Virus record (IMG/VR): IMGVR_UViG_3300028833_000068
Coordinates: 64,001 to 128,000 of that record
Reading direction: 5' to 3' (one strand)
Length of the DNA: 64,000 bases
From: a virus
Taxonomy: Duplodnaviria; Caudoviricetes
The notes beneath the pieces were generated by a model. The model saw only the letters and a list, made by a program, of their open reading frames with translations. It did not search any database and was not told the origin of the DNA. Position numbers and translations under genes: made by a program. Position 1 is the first letter of the stretch. Each line of letters starts with the position of its first letter. Shown here piece by piece: positions 28,159-36,488 of this stretch.

Positions 28159-28920
28159 TTACTTTCTCCTATGCTTTAATTGTGCCTTCAAATCAAGAAG
28201 TTCACTTAGTTTACCACCGCATTCTCTCATCTTTTCCTCAATCAACTTATCATCTGGTAAATTTCCACTCTTATGAAAAGATACACCCAAGAATCCTAAA
28301 GGTTCTTCAATACCATTAAGGAATACTATTGATACATATTCTCCACCATCTTCTTTTAATTGTTTTGCAAAGTCATAATCGATTTTTTCAATGTCATCAG
28401 AAGTCCCAATGAAGAACTTATGCTTATACATATAGTTTGGATATGCATACATGTTCAAAGGAACATCTTGATACTTTTTATAGCATCTATTAACTCCTTT
28501 TTCTCTATTGGCAAATTCATATGACATATCTGCATATCTAAATGGTAATCCACTGATATTCTTCTTACCATTATGCAACTCGAATATGAATACTCTGTCT
28601 GCGTCTAGAGTATATAAAAGAGCACCAAGTAAATGTTGAACTTGTGGTGTAACAATAAAATCCCTTATATCTTCTTCTGTTGTGTCATCTGCAATTTTCT
28701 CAGCAGTTTTGGACAAAAATACCTCATTCTTAACAATATTATATGTGAAGAAACCAGCTAAACTTGTGGCTAGAAAGAAAAACATAACGAAATAAACTTT
28801 TAAAATCTTTGTCCACTTTGCATTTGCAATTGTTGATGTCAACCATTTTGCAGCTTGAATATGGATTGGTTCTTTTTTACCACTAGGATTTATATTAATA
28901 TTTACATCTTTGTTTTTCAT
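28159..28920 (-). CDS. Holin-like protein (single TM plus GAF-like domain, T4 T-like architecture)
   Basis: One TM followed by LDADRVFIFELHNG...LGFLGVSF. Confidence 0.6.
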   Translation of the reverse strand: MKNKDVNININPSGKKEPIHIQAAKWLTSTIANAKWTKILKVYFVMFFFLATSLAGFFTYNIVKNEVFLSKTAEKIADDTTEEDIRDFIVTPQVQHLLGALLYTLDADRVFIFELHNGKKNISGLPFRYADMSYEFANREKGVNRCYKKYQDVPLNMYAYPNYMYKHKFFIGTSDDIEKIDYDFAKQLKEDGGEYVSIVFLNGIEEPLGFLGVSFHKSGNLPDDKLIEEKMRECGGKLSELLDLKAQLKHRRK

Positions 28921-28952
28921 TTCTACTATTATATATTAATTAAATCTTGTTA

Positions 28953-29774
28953 TTAATCCATTAACTTTCTAGCCTTTTTGACCATATCAGAGAACTCATT
29001 GTTTTCTTGGATTCTAAAACTAGCTGTTGATGTCTTTGCTTCAACACTCTTATAACCCCAAAGTTGCTTCATTCTCTCCTTCTGCTCATTAACCAAAGTC
29101 ATATTCACTTTCTTAGTTACCATTGGCTCTTTTTTATGCCATTCTACCAAGTATTGGTTATCTGAACTATCCTTCATAATAAATTTATTGCCTTCAGTCT
29201 TATACTCATCTGGTATTCTTGTCATCATATGTCCTTCAGAAAGGAACTGAGTATTCTTAAAGGTTAACATCTTGATTTTCTTTGACTCTCCCATTGTTTC
29301 TCTTTGTTTTTCTACTTCATTTTTATTTAATTCACGTCCTGTTAGACCAATTTCAACTGCTGCATCCTTGCCTTTCTTCACAGCTTCAGCATGGTCTTTT
29401 GCTGCATCATAAATCTTACCATCCTTATCAAAGTCTGCGTTTCCAAACTCATCATTCTTGTGCTTATCCTCAGCATCCTTTGAAACATATCCCTTCATCT
29501 GGGACTTAACTCTGTCCTTAAATGGCTTATTGATGTTGTCATACTCCAAGTCATGCATCCCCTTATTGTCAGTAGCATTAATTCCGCCACTAACCTTTTG
29601 GGTTTTGCTTGTCAAACCTCCATCGTACTTTTCAGTTTCTTTCTTGATGTCACTGTAGGCTTTCCTATTAATTTCTGCTGATTCCTTATTACCAAATTGA
29701 ACAGGTTTGAATTCATTCTTGGTCTCTTCGTTTAGAATCCTTCTTAATTCTCCTACGCTAATAGTTGTTATCAT
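28953..29774 (-). CDS. Leader-bearing hypothetical protein (probable head-associated)
   Basis: N-term ELRRILNEE, internal LVNEQKERMKQLWGY. Confidence 0.7.
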   Translation of the reverse strand: MITTISVGELRRILNEETKNEFKPVQFGNKESAEINRKAYSDIKKETEKYDGGLTSKTQKVSGGINATDNKGMHDLEYDNINKPFKDRVKSQMKGYVSKDAEDKHKNDEFGNADFDKDGKIYDAAKDHAEAVKKGKDAAVEIGLTGRELNKNEVEKQRETMGESKKIKMLTFKNTQFLSEGHMMTRIPDEYKTEGNKFIMKDSSDNQYLVEWHKKEPMVTKKVNMTLVNEQKERMKQLWGYKSVEAKTSTASFRIQENNEFSDMVKKARKLMD

Positions 29775-29937
29775 ATCTTTTTTATTTTTAAAATTGATTT
29801 ATGTATAATCCTCTTAACATCTGCTCAAACATGAGCCTTGTTTGTTCTTTACCACTAATTTTTTCTTCGTGAAGTTTATCATCAATTTCACGAACCTTCT
29901 TAATGGTATCTGCATTTGCTTCGTAATCTATCATAGT

Positions 29938-30264
29938 TTACTTCTGTCTATTCATTGAGATTGAACCACCTCTTTCTAAAGCTGGTTTCATATCAACTTG
30001 ATTTGTCTTTGCTTGGGTAACATCACCAAGATTATGCTTTTGCCTCATAATTGGTTCTTTCCAAGGGTTTCCTCCCACTCCTTTTTTTTTGTTCTTTCCA
30101 CTAAAAGCAGGATATGCAACACCACCAGATGAATCTGAATTACCAACCATAAGTCCAGCACTATTGGTAGCACCATCACCACCTTCTTCTTGTAATATCC
30201 TATTCACAGCTTCTGCAACAATCTGATGCAAATCGCTCTCTGTTAATCTTATAATCTTTTTCAT
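29938..30264 (-). CDS. Leader-bearing small protein
   Basis: MKKIIRLTESDLHQIVAEAVNRILQEE then low-complexity tail. Confidence 0.8.
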   Translation of the reverse strand: MKKIIRLTESDLHQIVAEAVNRILQEEGGDGATNSAGLMVGNSDSSGGVAYPAFSGKNKKKGVGGNPWKEPIMRQKHNLGDVTQAKTNQVDMKPALERGGSISMNRQK

Positions 30265-30267
30265 AAT

Positions 30268-30621
30268 TTAAAATAAATTATTAATTACCGTACCAATTGC
30301 TTCCTCTTGGTCACAATCATTTTCACTCCAATATTTACATATTTGATTTATTAATTCATCTGCCTCATCACCTTGCAAGAAATAATCCTCACCTTGTTCA
30401 CCTTCTATTGATATATATGACATGCTTGTGTTTATCTCAACGTGATAATAACCATCACAAACATCAAATTTGCCATTCATATAAGAAGCATCACCATTAA
30501 GATATGGATTATAATCACTTGACAAATCCATTGGGTCGTTAAACTCCTTCAATATTCTTTTGACAGATTCATTAACAATATTACGTAAATCACTCTCCGT
30601 TAATCTTATAATTTTCTTCAT
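30268..30621 (-). CDS. Leader-bearing acidic protein
   Basis: MKKIIRLTESDLRNIVNESVKRILKE; TATTTATA at about 30643-30651. Confidence 0.8.
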   Translation of the reverse strand: MKKIIRLTESDLRNIVNESVKRILKEFNDPMDLSSDYNPYLNGDASYMNGKFDVCDGYYHVEINTSMSYISIEGEQGEDYFLQGDEADELINQICKYWSENDCDQEEAIGTVINNLF

Positions 30622-30720
30622 ATATCTAGACAGCTATTTACATATAAATATTCCATTTATGTTAAAATTGTTAAATCTCTTGGTTATTTATTGGAAATTT
30701 AGTATATTTACAAAAAAAAT

Positions 30721-31137
30721 ATGATAGCAGATTATAACACAATGCCAAGAATGTTTAGCGAATGTAATAAGAAATATTTCAATCGTGAACTTCCAATGCC
30801 AAAATTTGGTTTAATTAATAAAACTAGTATTTTGGCAAGATTTGAATTCTTCAAAGAAAAAGAAGGGGAGAAAATCAAACATAAAAAGATTTTGTTTTCT
30901 GATTGTTTTGACTTTGAAAATAGCGTTTTTGAGAATCTTATGGTACACGAGATGATTCACTATTATCTTGCTTGGAATGGAATTAAAAATCCTACAGAGC
31001 ATAATAAAGAATTTATGGATATTGCCAATAAATTAAATGCTGAATATGGTTTAAATATTACAAAAAAAGTAGATGCATCCTCATTCAAAAAGACTGAAAA
31101 TGCACCTAAAAGTATATTTAAAATCCTATTTGGGTAA
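30721..31137 (+). CDS. SprT-like zinc metalloprotease
   Basis: NKKYF..ELP, MVHEMIHY, EHNKEF. Confidence 0.85.
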   Translation: MIADYNTMPRMFSECNKKYFNRELPMPKFGLINKTSILARFEFFKEKEGEKIKHKKILFSDCFDFENSVFENLMVHEMIHYYLAWNGIKNPTEHNKEFMDIANKLNAEYGLNITKKVDASSFKKTENAPKSIFKILFG

Positions 31138-31138
31138 A

Positions 31139-31651
31139 TTAAGCACCAACTGTTTGATTTTTCCAAGCATTAAAGTTTGCGCTAGAACGTCCACCAGCAC
31201 TATTAAGTTGATTAATACAACTTTGAACTGCTTTAATTGTTGTTGCGCCAGCTACTCCAGGAGTTCTTTGTGCTTGTTGTAAGAAATTATTTAATGCTTT
31301 AATCGCATTGTTTTTTGCTGACTGAATATTTGTATTTGCTGCTCCAGCCTTAACTGTATTACCAACATTATAGGCTGTTTGTCTTGCAGTATCATATGCT
31401 TGACCAACCTTGTTCGCAGCAGTGTTATAAGCATTACCAATTGCTTGTCCAGCTCTATTCATTGCACCACTAGCTGCATTCATGGCATTGCCACCAAATT
31501 TCTGCATACCACGTCCAGCCATTTGTCCTAATGCTTGAGCACCTCCCTTAAAAGAATCCCAAAAGCCTTCTTGAATCATATAGTTTCTAACAGCATCCTC
31601 AACAAGGAAATGAAGGTCTTGTTCTGTTAATTGAATTTGTTTATTATTCAT
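31139..31651 (-). CDS. Leader-bearing Ala/Gly/Gln-rich helical protein
   Basis: IQLTEQDLHFLVEDAVRNYMIQE-GFWDSFK. Confidence 0.75.
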   Translation of the reverse strand: MNNKQIQLTEQDLHFLVEDAVRNYMIQEGFWDSFKGGAQALGQMAGRGMQKFGGNAMNAASGAMNRAGQAIGNAYNTAANKVGQAYDTARQTAYNVGNTVKAGAANTNIQSAKNNAIKALNNFLQQAQRTPGVAGATTIKAVQSCINQLNSAGGRSSANFNAWKNQTVGA

Positions 31652-31918
31652 ATTTATTTTTTCTTAATTTTATAGATTATTTTTCCATTTTTCTTATTAC
31701 CCTTAAACTGATAAGGATTATCTTCTTCTTGTTTCTTGGCTTCCATCATGGCAACTTCACCATAGTTATCAAATTCAAAGTCTATCATAATTATTTAGTT
31801 TTTTCGTCTATTATTTCAGAAATTATTGCCATTTTATAAGGTTCAACATCCTTTGTTTCCATTGGATAAATCTCAAGATATTCGTGGTCTTCAAGAGTTC
31901 TTACAATATTTTTCATAA

Positions 31919-32302
31919 TTAAATTGAATTATATAATTTTCTTATTCTTTCCTTTAATGGGTTATTCATCCTCTTTGGGTTCTTAATTGCTGCCTTAACG
32001 TCATCAGCCCATCCATATTTCACATAATAACGAGATTGCTGATTCCCAGTTGTCTCATCATATGGCTCATCAATCCTCTCTTCCTTTGTTATTACTGAAA
32101 GGTCATATAAACGCTTTCTAAGCTCTCCATTATGCAATCCCATAGATTTTAACCTATCATTGGGAACTGCGCCTATAGGGTCTTTAAAAATGTTCTTAAT
32201 GAATTCTATGACATCTTCATAGAAATCTTGGAATGGAGGTTTTCTATTATCTTCCTCAAGCAATCTCCCATATGCTGACTCATTGATGTGTATTACCTTC
32301 AT
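31919..32302 (-). CDS. Leader-bearing hypothetical protein
   Basis: MKVIHINESAYGRLLEE. Confidence 0.7.
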   Translation of the reverse strand: MKVIHINESAYGRLLEEDNRKPPFQDFYEDVIEFIKNIFKDPIGAVPNDRLKSMGLHNGELRKRLYDLSVITKEERIDEPYDETTGNQQSRYYVKYGWADDVKAAIKNPKRMNNPLKERIRKLYNSI

Positions 32303-32511
32303 TACCTTGTAACTCCTCCCTTCCACGTGCTGCTACGATTCCATAAGGTTCTAAATAAATCCTCAATGACTTCTGCCGTAATCTCCTTGACAGCCTTCTT
32401 AAAGTCTCTAGAATCATATGCAGAAGATATGCGGTTGGAAACAATTGCTTCAACCTCAGTCTTATTTATCTCCTCATTGATTATCTCTCTTATTCTTTCA
32501 TCTGAAATCAT
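32302..32511 (-). CDS. Small protein with leader-like N-terminus
   Basis: RIREIINEE; TATTTATA motif at about 32527-32535. Confidence 0.65.
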   Translation of the reverse strand: MISDERIREIINEEINKTEVEAIVSNRISSAYDSRDFKKAVKEITAEVIEDLFRTLWNRSSTWKGGVTR

Positions 32512-32573
32512 AAAACATTATTTTTATATAAATATCATAATAACAAAAAAAAGGATGCTATTTCTAGCACCCT

Positions 32574-32969
32574 TTATCTATTATCTAAGACCATCCATGT
32601 ATACGACTTGCGCATATCCTTCTTTTCGTGAACCTCAAAACCAATTGACTTATAGAATTCAACCAATTGGTTATCTTTCATATAGTATTCATCTGAAGAA
32701 TGAACAATAAGGTAGATGAACTTACCCTTTGTGTTCTCCTTAACGAGGTTTAGAAGTTGTCTTCCATATCCTTTTTTCCTTTCTCCAAACTTAGTAGTGA
32801 AGTCTGAAAGATAGAATATGTCACAATCTGGAAATTCTAACCTCCTTTTCCTATCCAAACTAAATGTTTGAAAAGCGACCTCTAGACTTGATAGACATCT
32901 GTTGGTCTGGTCATCAACTAACTTAAAATAAGTTGAGCCACAAGCATTTTTAACAACCAATTTTTCCAT
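32574..32969 (-). CDS. GNAT family acetyltransferase
   Basis: RKKGYGRQLL, LVEFYKSIGF. Confidence 0.82.
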   Translation of the reverse strand: MEKLVVKNACGSTYFKLVDDQTNRCLSSLEVAFQTFSLDRKRRLEFPDCDIFYLSDFTTKFGERKKGYGRQLLNLVKENTKGKFIYLIVHSSDEYYMKDNQLVEFYKSIGFEVHEKKDMRKSYTWMVLDNR

Positions 32970-33087
32970 TTATCTTCTTTTACCTAATTTTTTGATTCCG
33001 TACTCCTTTGGTGTAAGATAATAGCGTTCAATCTCTTTAACCTCACTCACAAGTTTGTCTTTTGCGTATAGCACTCTAGCCGCATCT

Positions 33088-33777
33088 TCAATACTGACTG
33101 GTTCCATTTTCTTTAAAATGTTTCTTAATTAACTCTACAATCAAATACTCACACACAACACCATTATAGGCTTTGCAATCATCGTAGCTGAATGTGACAT
33201 TGGGAATTTCCTCAACTGTAAAGGATTTTTCCTCAAGGCAGACTGTATAATCCTCGTTATCAACCTTTACCCTTATATCGCCTTCTCTTTCCTTTATCTG
33301 GAATCTTGTTATCTCACCCTTGCTGTATCTCGCAGTATCGAATATTTCGGAATTATAGCTCTTGGCTTGTGCGATTGCATCTTTCTTATCAAGGCACACA
33401 TACTTGTATGAGCCATGAGCATAACGCTCACCACTGCCATCACCCTTAAGGAATATTGTTGAATAATCGAACATGCAACCACAATTATAACAAACCTTAT
33501 TATAAAGCTCAAAATAATAAGAGTCACCATTATCCTCACCACGATAAAGTTTGATTCTAAAGGCATCCTTAATGGTTATTCCAAGAATCTTGTGTGGTGT
33601 TATGACACAATGATAGTCTCGGATTAAACCACCGATACCCTCGAACACTACGTATACAGTGAATGGCTTGCCTACCTCTTGCTTACGAAACACATTATCA
33701 TGCTTTCTATAAGGTGGTAGAGAAAGGTCTTCCCTCCTAGCTGTGAAATAATCCTCTATGTGTAAACCTATACTCAT
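33088..33777 (-). CDS. Hypothetical protein (start likely MSIGLH)
   Basis: ORF behind hairpin-promoter module. Confidence 0.7.
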   Translation of the reverse strand: MSIGLHIEDYFTARREDLSLPPYRKHDNVFRKQEVGKPFTVYVVFEGIGGLIRDYHCVITPHKILGITIKDAFRIKLYRGEDNGDSYYFELYNKVCYNCGCMFDYSTIFLKGDGSGERYAHGSYKYVCLDKKDAIAQAKSYNSEIFDTARYSKGEITRFQIKEREGDIRVKVDNEDYTVCLEEKSFTVEEIPNVTFSYDDCKAYNGVVCEYLIVELIKKHFKENGTSQY

Positions 33778-33794
33778 ATAACTTATTTTTACGC

Positions 33795-33846
33795 TGCAAA
33801 TGTACGAAAAAAAATTGGACTGACCAAATATCAATCCAACTTTTAA
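33795..33846 (-). promoter_or_regulatory. Hairpin-promoter module
   Basis: ttgga.tga...tca.tccaa stem plus TACATTTGCA. Confidence 0.7.
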
Positions 33847-33852
33847 CTTTTA

Positions 33853-34623
33853 TTAATATTTATTCTGTGAGGCTTTCTTTATCAATTCTTCAATATCCGT
33901 ATAAACTGTATATGGAAAATCTACATTAACATTAGAATAATGAAGTAACGTTACTCCATGTTCTTCGCAAAGTTTGATTTTCAATTCATCATTATTCTTC
34001 TGTAACTCAAAATGTTCCTTTCCGCCAAAATATTCAATTGGTTTAAAATGTTGCAAACCTTGACATTCTATAGCAACATTGTACTTAGGTAAATAGAAAT
34101 CAAATCTTTTAATTTTTTTCCCATCAACTAACCAATCAAAAACCTTTTGTTGTTCATATTCAATACCATTATTAATTAAAGCTTGTTCAACATTTCTCTC
34201 TAACTTAGATATTTTACAGTATGGACATCCTTGTTTGTGAGTTAAATGGTTATGTGGTGTCATTTCAAACTCCCTACCACATTCATTACATTTAATTACT
34301 AACTTAGTTTCTTTGTTTTTGTATACACTTTTAGAATAATCAAATTGCTCTCCGTGTAATGCTTTTGCTCTACTAGTAAAAACCTCTGTCGTTATTTTTT
34401 CTCTATTTGAACATACTCGGCATCCTCTTCCTAATAAGTGTTTTTCTGGAGTTTGCCAAAACTCACCGTGAATTGGGCATATTATGCAAACTTTTGTTCT
34501 AGCATTAACGTACTCAACTTTTGAATAATCATACTTGTCACCATGAATTTTCCTAGCACGTTCGATAAATTCATCCTTTGTAAAAGCAAACTTTTCCCTT
34601 AATATCTCATATTGTTTTTTCAT
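33853..34623 (-). CDS. DUF723-repeat plus Vsr-like endonuclease
   Basis: Two Zn repeats; FDFYLPKYNVAIECQGLQHF. Confidence 0.82.
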   Translation of the reverse strand: MKKQYEILREKFAFTKDEFIERARKIHGDKYDYSKVEYVNARTKVCIICPIHGEFWQTPEKHLLGRGCRVCSNREKITTEVFTSRAKALHGEQFDYSKSVYKNKETKLVIKCNECGREFEMTPHNHLTHKQGCPYCKISKLERNVEQALINNGIEYEQQKVFDWLVDGKKIKRFDFYLPKYNVAIECQGLQHFKPIEYFGGKEHFELQKNNDELKIKLCEEHGVTLLHYSNVNVDFPYTVYTDIEELIKKASQNKY

Positions 34624-35195
34624 TGGTTATCTCTTTCTGATGCTTGTTTAAGCTTTGCCATAAGGTCTCCATCTTGAGTTATGCTGTCACGCCAGTTCAT
34701 ATAAGCATCCCTAATTTTGCCAATAGTTCTTGCATTTGTTTCGCTTAACTGCATTGCATCACACCAAATATAGAGTCCATCTGCTCCTGAAGGGTCTGAA
34801 TATCTGAATTGGAAACTAAGGTTCAATGAAGGAATCTTACCATCCAATGTCATGTCCTCTGCCTTTGGATAGTACTTCAATGCCTTATCCCCAAACTTAA
34901 CATTGTCATTGATGGCTTTCCTTACTGCGCTCTCTTGAGAAGTTCTGACATCACCGAACTGTGGTGTATCTTTATCTATCTCAAAAACTTCTGAATGGTT
35001 ATCATCAGTCTCTTCCTCAGTTAAGATTTTTTTTTTATTTCCATCAATTGCTTCTTGCATCAGAATCTTATTTCTTGTCAAGAAGTTATCATTTTCTTTC
35101 TCTTCAGTTACAAACTGTTCTGCTGCCCATTTTGCTTGTTCTACTCTTCCTCTTCTGAGGGTATTAAGCATTTTCTTTGTAATATTATCTGTCAT
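34620..35195 (-). CDS. Hypothetical protein
   Basis: 191 aa; contains KKILTEE. Confidence 0.7.
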   Translation of the reverse strand: MTDNITKKMLNTLRRGRVEQAKWAAEQFVTEEKENDNFLTRNKILMQEAIDGNKKKILTEEETDDNHSEVFEIDKDTPQFGDVRTSQESAVRKAINDNVKFGDKALKYYPKAEDMTLDGKIPSLNLSFQFRYSDPSGADGLYIWCDAMQLSETNARTIGKIRDAYMNWRDSITQDGDLMAKLKQASERDNQ

Positions 35196-35719
35196 AGTAT
35201 GTAATCAATTTCCATTCCATTCCAAGAATAACCAAACATATTGTCAGCTTTTCTTGATACTTTATTTTCCTTAAAGGTCTCCTTCATGGCTTCCTCTTCA
35301 ATTTCCTCAGTTGGGGTTAATACAGAAGCATCACCATTCATTGCCTCCATTGGAGGGTCTTGATGAACTTTATCGTATGCTTCCATAAATATTTTCTTTT
35401 GAATCTCTAATGTTTCCTTTTTATCATCTTCATCCTTGAAGTCTTCCTTCGCCTCATATACCTTTGGGTCGTTCCAAGAATTATCTTCTGTTTTTTCAAA
35501 AGGAATATCATCACTATCAAGTTGTTCCTCTATTTCCTCAAGTGGTGCTAACACTGAAGGGTCTCCATTAACTACTGCTTGCTTTGCACCTTCCTCAATT
35601 GCATCCAATGCAGCCTCCATTTCATCATTTGGAGTTGTATCTATAATTGGTTTTTTAACTTTATTTGTTGTTGTCTTCTTAGCTGTAGTCTTCTTTGCTG
35701 ATTTTCTCTTTATAGCCAT
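35192..35719 (-). CDS. Hypothetical protein with basic N-terminus and acidic body
   Basis: KKTT repeats; internal duplication NGD.SVL.P.EEIEE. Confidence 0.7.
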   Translation of the reverse strand: MAIKRKSAKKTTAKKTTTNKVKKPIIDTTPNDEMEAALDAIEEGAKQAVVNGDPSVLAPLEEIEEQLDSDDIPFEKTEDNSWNDPKVYEAKEDFKDEDDKKETLEIQKKIFMEAYDKVHQDPPMEAMNGDASVLTPTEEIEEEAMKETFKENKVSRKADNMFGYSWNGMEIDYIL

Positions 35720-35745
35720 AACTTTTTCTATTTATATAAATATTA

Positions 35746-36471
35746 TTAACTTAGCAAATCTCCCATATTTTTATACATTAACATAGAAGAACGTAATTTC
35801 CTTAAACTTTTTTTATTGATTTGTCTAGCTCGTTCAGAACTGATTCCGTATTTCTTTCCAATTTCAACCATTGTTAATTCCTTTTTATTATTCAAACCAT
35901 AATAGTTCTCAACTATTTCTCTTTCCCTTTTGGTTAGAACATTTAACAATTTGGTGATAACTTCTTTTTGTTCTTGATTCATTTCCCTCTTATGTTCATC
36001 AGCTTCATTGGAAAAGGATTTATCATTTTTTGCAACCATTTCATCTTCATTATCTGAAATTGAATTTTCCAATACATTCGTACTATTATCACTATTTTCA
36101 ATTTCTACAATGTTCAACAGTTTTTTCTTCTTGATTGCTTCCAACATATATACCCTTATCCACCATACGGCATAAGATATAAACTTAACATCTTGATTTT
36201 CATCGAACTTGTCAATTGCCCTTATTAATCCCATATTCCCCTCAGATATGAGGTCTGAAATTGGGATGCCACGACCAGTATAATGTTTTGCAATGTCAAA
36301 AACAAATTTTAGATTTGCCTCCAATAATTCATTTTGAGCTTTAATATTACCTTTCTTGCAAAGTCTTAACAAACGTTTTTCCTTTGCCTTTGTTAAAGGT
36401 TTATATTTCTTTAAGTCATCATAATATACTTGTACTGTTTTATTAAAATCATTTACATATTGATTGTTCAT
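35746..36471 (-). CDS. Sigma70-family RNA polymerase sigma factor
   Basis: ANLKFV, DLISEGNMGLIRAIDKFD, FISYAVWWIR, EIG...ISSERARQI. Confidence 0.93.
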   Translation of the reverse strand: MNNQYVNDFNKTVQVYYDDLKKYKPLTKAKEKRLLRLCKKGNIKAQNELLEANLKFVFDIAKHYTGRGIPISDLISEGNMGLIRAIDKFDENQDVKFISYAVWWIRVYMLEAIKKKKLLNIVEIENSDNSTNVLENSISDNEDEMVAKNDKSFSNEADEHKREMNQEQKEVITKLLNVLTKREREIVENYYGLNNKKELTMVEIGKKYGISSERARQINKKSLRKLRSSMLMYKNMGDLLS

Positions 36472-36488
36472 ATTGATTGATTTATCGA

